Part shown: positions 56,714-64,000 of the stretch, piece after piece | Layout of the letters: each line of letters opens with the position of its first letter | How positions within the stretch are numbered: position 1 is the first letter of the stretch | NCBI GenBank assembly: GCA_964016885.1 | Contig: OZ024743.1 | Location: forward strand, 296,794,001-296,858,000 | From: Eledone cirrhosa | Lineage: Eukaryota | Direction: 5' to 3' | Length of the DNA stretch: 64,000 bases | Translations under genes and position numbers: made by a program | Notes under the pieces: model-generated | Databases searched by the model: none | Told to the model about the DNA's origin: nothing | The model's input: the letters and a program-made list of their open reading frames with translations, nothing else

Positions 56714-57944
56714 TGTGTATAATATGTGTGCGTGTGTATAATATGTGTGTGTGTGTATATATATATGTGTGTGTATATATATGTGTGTGTGTATATGTGT
56801 GCGTGTGTATATATATGTGTTTCTAAATATTTTTGTGTGTATATATGTGTGTGCGTTTATTTACATGTGTATGTGTGTGCCTGTGTGGCTGTATATGTTT
56901 ACATGTGTGTGTTTACATGTGTGTATATGCGTGTGTGTGTATGTGTTTGTATGTATTTGTATGTATGTGGTTGTATATATATGTGTGCGTGTTTGTGTGT
57001 GTATATATTTATATATATTTCTGTGTGTGTGTGTTTATATGTGTATTTATAGTATAAACTGGAACATCCTACTCGTGAAATTAACGTGCAAGTCGCTGAA
57101 TATTCCACAGACACGCATACCCTTTACGTAGTGTGTGACAAGGCTGGTCATTCAAATTACAGGTACAACTCATTTTTGCCAGCTTAGTGGACTGAAGCAA
57201 CGTGAAATAAAGTGTCTTGATCAAGGACACAACGCATCACCGGGAATAGAACTCACAACCTTACGATTGTGAGCCAAATACCATAACCTCGCACTTTCAC
57301 ACACAAATACATATATAAATACACAAAAACGCACGCATATGTATACAAACACAAACACGCACACATATGTATACAAACACACACACACACACGCACATAT
57401 ACAACCACACAGGTACACACATACACACAGGCACACACACATACATGTAAGCATACACACACTTAGAAACCCTTCCTATTTAGCAGGAAATATTCGCTAC
57501 ACACATTCTGCCCCAACACAAGTTATGTGATACATATGATTTAAATATGCAGTCACCAAATTCGAGTTACATACAGTAATGCTGTTATTCGATATTTTGA
57601 AGTCTGTTATAATTTTATTCAACAATACTAACAGCTCTCTCTCATTCATTTTCCTTCTCTGTCTCATTCTCTCTCTCTCTATGCCTCTCTTTTAATCTAC
57701 TCTCTCTCAACCACTATCTCTTTCTCTCTCTCTTTATTTATGAAGGTACCCCGAAAAACCCCATATCTCGGGAATCCGTGCTCCGTTTTACACGAAACTT
57801 GTTTTATTTCATTTGTATCCCATTTCAGAGGCAACTTTCTTTCAAAGTATTTTCCCATTATGCGCCGTTTTGGCTGTATTAAATTACAGACAATCACACA
57901 ATCACAGAGTTTTAGTAGTATGTAGATTATTATTATTATTATTA

Positions 57945-58540
57945 TCGGATTGGCAGTATCGGTAGAGCGTCGGACAATATGCTTTGCGGCATAGAATTAC
58001 GACCCTTTACGTCCTGAATTAAAATCACGCTGAGATTAGCTTTGCCTTCCATCCTTACAGGGTCGATAAAATAAGTATCAGTAATGTACTGGAGTCGATT
58101 TAATCGACTTTGCCTTCTTCAAATTGCTAGCCTTTTTCCTAAAGTAGAAACAATCGTTATTATTACAAGGGCGGTGGATTGGCAGTACGACCCTTTATGG
58201 TCTGAGTTCAAATCTCGCCGAGGTTAACTTTGTCTTTCATCCTTACGGGGTTGATAAAATAAAGTACCAGTAATGCACTGGGTAATTGCTGGCCTTGTGT
58301 CAAAAGTAGAAACAATTATTACAAGGTTAGTATCGGTAGAGCGTCGGACAACATGCTTTATGACATAGAGTTATGGCCCTTTACGTCCCGAGTTCAAATC
58401 CCACCGAGGTTAGCTTTGCCTTTCATCCTTCTGGGGTCGATAAAATAAAGTACCAGTAACACACTAGAGTCGATGTAATTGACTTTATCCTCCCCCAAAT
58501 TGCTGGCCTTGTGCCTAAATCAGAAACCATTATTATTATT
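57945..58540 (+). mobile_element. Three head-to-tail tRNA-derived SINE copies
   Basis: Units at about 57945, 58168 and 58325, each ending in an ATT tail. Confidence 0.82.
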
Positions 58541-58754
58541 AATACATTATATATATCAGGGTTTCCCAACGTTTTTCATCCCGTTTTACTCTACAGGAAG
58601 TACTATTTTTTTTACTTTGGTTTACTACTACTACCTTCATCATATATATAATATAACGTCCATATTCATTGAATACAAACGTGACAAACTAGCGATAAAA
58701 GTTGGATCACCACTTACGACATAACAGAGAGCATTCTCCTTGCTATGTCACTTA

Positions 58755-59150
58755 TTCCTGGGAAGGTCGTGGGGACAGTCTTCAAGCACGCCTTCCAGCG
58801 GGTCCTGTCAGAAGCAACCAACTCCAATTGATCTGGTTGGATCCCCAGGCGTGACCAGCCCAACTCATGAATGTTCTCTTACCATCTTGCTCGGGGTCTG
58901 CACCTGGGTTTGCTGACTGTTGGTTTTACCCAACGATTCTTTCCTTCCTTAGAGAATCTAACCACATATCCGTAGTATCGGAGCTGTGATCCCTCAATTC
59001 GGTGTAGTAGCGACTCTACCTGGAATGACTCTCTGATCTCCGCGCTATTCACCTTATCAAGTAACGTTACTCTAAAGGCTCTTCGGGGGAACCCTATTTT
59101 GGCCGCTTGGATTTGCAATTGTATTCTTTCAGTTATATTATTGGTCAACC
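58755..59150 (-). mobile_element. RTE (Expander/Rex3-like) 3' fragment
   Basis: ITERIQLQIQAAKIGFPRRAFRVTLLDKVNSAEIRESFQVESLLHRIEGSQLRYYGYV; homologous to 19020-19480. Confidence 0.75.
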
Positions 59151-60535
59151 TTATCTATAGTACAGATTTACTGTGTAGCCTAATTCGATATTAGGAAAAT
59201 AAAAACAGAAAATTGAGAAATACAGTGAAACATTTTTTCGTAATATCTAATTATTTCCACATCAGTGTTGGTGTTACACTAAGACATCTCATTATTCACG
59301 TAAACTTCAGCAGACCTAACTACACATAAGATATACACAAATGAACTTCATCACTCTGAACTTTATAATATTTATATGATGATATGAAAAGATTATTCTT
59401 GTTATAGTGATATGTTCTATATTTCTTGGGGAGGGTCATATTTGTGTAATATTGCCAGAATTAATAACAGAACACACTCACTGTTTGGTTGGTTTTCTAT
59501 ATTTCTGATGTACTATAATGTTCATTGCATCGATTTGTAGTATAGTAAATATGTCAAAGGTAGATTGTATTTTTTTCTCTTCTCCAATTACTTGCTCGAT
59601 TCAAAATATTTGGAGAAATTGCCTTTCTCACATAATTAGTGATTATTCAAAATGATCATCACAATACAATGATTAGTAAAAGCTCTTGGTAACATTTTGA
59701 AAGTAAATTTACTGTTCAACTCTACCATAATATACCAACCAACAAAGGGGAAACATTTCTATTAATGTTTTTAATGTTATTTTAAGGTCAACCTGCTATT
59801 CAAAAGTCACGAGGAGTCTTTAACTGTGTAGTGCTGGTGCCACAATAAAATACACTCGGTAGAGCGCTGAAACATATGTAAGTGATTTGTGGGTCATCTT
59901 TAGAGGTCAGTAACTTCGTTTGTACTGACTTAGTCTGTGACAACCCATCAAACCCTTGCTAGCAGGGAATACAGATGTTAAATGATGATGATGATATTGT
60001 CGCAGAACTTTGTCACTTTCTCTGTGGTGTTCAGCATCTAGAGATCAGCTTTCACCACTGTTGCCCATATCTTCTTAGCTCTTCCTATTCTATAGCTTTT
60101 TTCGACTTGGAAATTCTGGCACTTCTTCATCCAACTACCATCCACCATGTACATTACATGTGTGTACTCGCACACAGCATCCGATTCCTCTCTAACTCAG
60201 TTTTTCTCTCAACTTGTACTTCATGCAGAGCATGTTTACTTTGTTCCTTCTAAGTTATGAATACACTCAGCATTGAATGTTCCTATTTTGTTATCATGCA
60301 GCACTACACTATGTACATAAGCATTATACAATCTACCATTTGCTCGGAGAGAAAACTCTTTGTTACCAGCAGATGTAATAACTCCTTCAACTTTTTCCAA
60401 CCTATATCATAATTTGACATGGGTTGGACCATATTTCACACACAACGAATTGCTTCTCCCCCTTTTTCCTTCTTTTTTCTCTCCTTTATGCGTTTATATT
60501 TGTATTTATCAACGACATTATATTTGTAATGTTCT

Positions 60536-60693
60536 AGGGCGGTGGATTGGCAGTATCGGTAGAGGGTCTGACGCTATGCTTTGAGTTCAAATCCCGCCGA
60601 GGTTAACTTTGCCTTTCATCCTTACGGGGTCGATAAAATAAAGTACCAGTAATGCACTGGATAATTGCTGGCTTTGTGCCAAAAGTAGAAACA
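60536..60693 (+). mobile_element. tRNA-derived SINE with 19-bp TSD
   Basis: Flanked by attatatttgtaatgttct (60517-60535, 60694-60712). Confidence 0.88.
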
Positions 60694-60810
60694 ATTATAT
60701 TTGTAATGTTCTTCTCAACGAATTGCGAGCATTATTTACGCATATATATGTCAGGGGCGAAGGTTGCGTGCATGCAATGCATGTGTTATAGATTCTTGAG
60801 TTGATCAATT

Positions 60811-61085
60811 GCGTCGGTTGAAGCAAGCAGAATTTTGGCTGCTTACTAAATCGTAGACACATAAAAAGATAACACACATACACGCAAGCACATAAACACA
60901 AACACGACAGCGTCGGCTGAAGCAAGCAGAATTTTGGCTGTTTGCTAAATCGTAGATACATAAAAAGATAACACACACGCACGCACGCGCGCGACAGCGT
61001 CGGCTGAAGCAAGCAGAATTTTGGCTGCTTACTAAATCGTATACACATAAAAAGATAACACACACACACACACACGCACACACAC
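60811..61085. repeat. Three tandem ~90-bp units
   Basis: gcgtcgg.tgaagcaagcagaattttggctg.tt.ctaaatcgta...aaaagataacacac x3. Confidence 0.9.
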
Positions 61086-61097
61086 ATTAGATAACAC

Positions 61098-61822
61098 GGC
61101 GATATCCAATTTTAGTGGACTAAATGCTGCTTACGTGCTGTAGTTGCTGCTTACTTCAATGTATGAGGCTATTCCAACAAATTTACATTCCCTTTTTTTT
61201 AGCCGTTAAAAGAAATATAGATTTATTTATTGTTGTTTTTTTGCGATTTATTTGCCACTGGGGCATAGATTTCTTTATTTGCCACGTTTTTGTTTGTTTG
61301 TTTTTTTGTTTTTTTTGCGATTTATTTGCCACTAGAGCATTAGGCGGGGGAATTTTTTACAAAAATCAAGTACAAACATTTAACGAGTGATTAAAAAGGA
61401 ATATAAAAAATTAAGTCCTCAATAGAGAGGCAGCCTTTTGGGGTCACACACACCCCCGTAGAAAGTGTGCGACCTTTCTGCCAGGGAGCACAGAGAGAGG
61501 GGGTGCTCCCTTCTCTTACCTGTACAAGCCGATATAGAGAGATGGCCCACTTACACGGGCCATTATTGCTACTTTCGCTAACCGCCTAATGCTCTAGTGG
61601 CAAATAAATCGCAAAAAAACAAACAAACAAAAACGTGGCAAATAAAGAAATCTATGCCCCAGTGGCAAATAAATCGCAAAAAAAAACCAATAAATAAATC
61701 TATATTTCTTTTAACGGCTAAAAAAAGGGGAATGTAAATTTGTTGGAATAGCCTCATACATTGAAGTAAGCAGCAACTACAGCAAGTAAGCGGCATTTAG
61801 TCCACTAAAATTGGATATCGCC
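61098..61822. mobile_element. Foldback/MITE DNA transposon with ~250-bp TIRs and 8-bp TSD (Merlin-like GG termini)
   Basis: Arms 61098-61347 and 61582-61822 are reverse complements. Termini GGCGATATCC/GGATATCGCC; TSD GATAACAC at 61090-61097 and 61823-61830. Confidence 0.85.
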
Positions 61823-61983
61823 GATAACACTACATGCGGCTTTGACCGGGAGGGTCATTTATAGGGAATTGGGGGGAGGGGGAAAGGCTGCACAGCCCCA
61901 CTTTCCGCCATGGCGATTGGACTGCATGCCCTGCTTTCCAGGTTACCCTTTACCACTGATATATATGCATATATATATATATA

Positions 61984-64000
61984 CTAGCAGTTTAGCCCGG
62001 CGTTGCTCGGGTTTGTTCATTTGCTATGAAAATTTACATACAGGTAAACGTGGCTTGAAAGCGAATAAGCTTATCAATTAAGTGCATAAAGCGGTTATTA
62101 AAAGTTACGAACCAATTAGCATTTTGGTCAATCAATGATGGGTTAATAATCTTCCAATAGCGAATTTAGTAGACCAAAGTTGCAAGATGGTGGCCCTGAT
62201 GCCGCTGGGTGTCAGATCTGTCCGCCATGGGATACCCGACCAGGAAATAGTGTTCCAGGCGGCATAGCTCCAACACCTGCACCAACATCTATAGCACCTC
62301 TTTGTAGACGATATTGCGTGTCATCCCTTGAGGAGTGTAAGCAAAAAGTCCATTCCTGCTCCCTACGCGGGAACAGGCAACATAAAGTTGGCCATGGGAG
62401 AAGCATGGCTCCCCGAAATGGATGCCCGCCACCGACAATGTTTTCCCTTGTGACTTGTTAATGGACATGGCAAAACATGGTCTCACCGGGAATTGGGATC
62501 GCCGGAAATCGAACGGGATATCTGACGCCGAGGGGAAAAGGTTCATCCTTGGAATGAAAACATTCTCCCCTCTTCCGCACCCCGTTACAATGGTGGCCTC
62601 AATCAAGTGGGGCGTCAGTGACTTGACGACCCTGCGAGTACCGTTGCACTGCTTTGGTGGACGCAAGTTCCTTATTAGCATAATGGGACAGCCAACCCTA
62701 AGCTTAATAATGTGAGGTGGGGGCCCTGTGGGCTCAAGAGAATTTAATAACTCCACCGGATAATTAACAATATCGTCGGGGTCTGACTCCGGTCGATAGA
62801 TTTGAAGATGTGCTCTTTATCGGGAATCTTCTCAATCAGCTGCTCGTTAATAAAATTAACCATGTATTTTTCGGAGCAAGGATGGCTCTTTCACTGAGCC
62901 AATCGAAGTTTTTACAGTTAGATGAGACCTCAGGAAAAATTGCTTTCCAAAGGTCAGAAGGGCTGCTCACAATGTTGCACAGGGAGTTGATTGCTATGCC
63001 GCCCTTGTCATCCGCAGGGACCTTGCCCTCACCAAGTGCTAAAATGTTCTGAGCAAATGCTGCAGACATGTTGTCACTTTGTGCTCAGGTACGAAGTCTT
63101 CACCTGGGGCCACAACGTGGACGACTTAAAGCAGGCAAGCACTTCATCAGCCCTTGTCCCTTTGGGGATGACAGACAGCGTTTTCCGAAAATCCCCTGAT
63201 AGCAGAAGGGTTACGCCACCCATAGGAGCCGTAGAATCCCTAATGTCTTTCAGGGTCCTGTCCAATGACTCAAGGGCACCCTTTTGTGCCATTGTGCACT
63301 CATCCCAAACAATGAGGCAACATTTTTTGAGAACCAAAGCTTCGTGTGAGCTCTTGCTGATATTGCATGTTGGTGTCTCAGTTTTTACTAAATCCAAGGC
63401 GAGTTTAAAGGTTGAATGTGCTGTCCTCCTTCTCGGCAGCAAAGTAGCAGCGATCCCGGACGATGCAACGGCCAACGCAATATTTTTCTCCTGACGAATC
63501 TTAGCGGGAATCAATTTTGTTACAAAAGTTTTTCCGGTACCCCCAGGAGCATCGAGAAAGTAAATACCCCCAGTCTGATTTTGAACCGCGTCAATGATAG
63601 TTAAATAGGCCAACCTTTGGTCCGACAGACGTTTGGGCTCATTTTCCTCTAAGTATTGGGAAAGAGATTCGATGTCATATGCTGTTTCCCGCAACAAATC
63701 CGAGACCAACGTGTTAGCTTCCTCTCTAACGGTTGACGGCAAGCCATACGTCGCCAACTCACTCCCACCCATGTCGGGGAGGGCGTCCTCGATATCAATG
63801 AGTGCCCTATTGTAGATAATGCCGCTGTAAGCAACTTCCACTGAAGGATACTGCAGATGAGCCAGGCGCAGGCAGTCCTCAGACATGAAGTCTCTGTACT
63901 TGACCCATAAAGATTTGGGATCACCCAATTCACACTTTTGAAGCAAAATGGCAAATAGTTCCCGTAGACCTTTAGGTGATTTCAACAAAGCACCCTCTGC
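61984..64000 (-). mobile_element. Helitron 3' part: PIF1-like helicase domain of RepHel (frameshifted), with terminal hairpin and CTAG
   Basis: ORFs 63074-63988 (FLDAPGGTGKTF, ASSGIAATLL, RTAHS, LIVWDEC, LSGDFR), 62836-63069 (RAILAPKN) and 62289-62756 (CNGTR, FAMSINKSQG, FSHGQLYVACSRV). Minus-strand end cccgagcaacgccggg...CTAG|T at 61984. Confidence 0.95.

Noticed and set aside
62289-63988. Host PIF1 helicase gene
   Set aside because: Intronless, frameshifted, and followed by a Helitron hairpin-CTAG terminus.

Overview
AT-rich, microsatellite-laden eukaryotic DNA. It is very probably an octopod cephalopod, inferred from the tRNA-derived SINE families, RTE tails and extreme (TA)n content. Most of the window is transposon debris: two dead restriction-like-endonuclease (R4/Dong-type) LINEs, many RTE 3' fragments, a Vingi/Ingi-like fragment, a Penelope GIY-YIG fragment, SINEs, hAT/Mariner/Merlin-type MITEs, non-autonomous Helitrons and the frameshifted helicase end of a Helitron. 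The only well-supported host-gene signal is a signal-peptide exon at 26929-27039; a few weaker exon candidates also exist. The most notable unannotated structure is a set of ten complete type I hammerhead ribozyme folds from six sequence families, plus several partial ones, all in short modules in or beside (TA)n tracts. They include two sense/antisense palindromic pairs, one form with a ~90-nt stem II, and a family with a non-canonical CAGAAGA core in both copies, one of which is linked to a Penelope ORF end. Two short RTE-derived elements share a 5' leader with compensatory base changes. All folds and family calls were made by eye.
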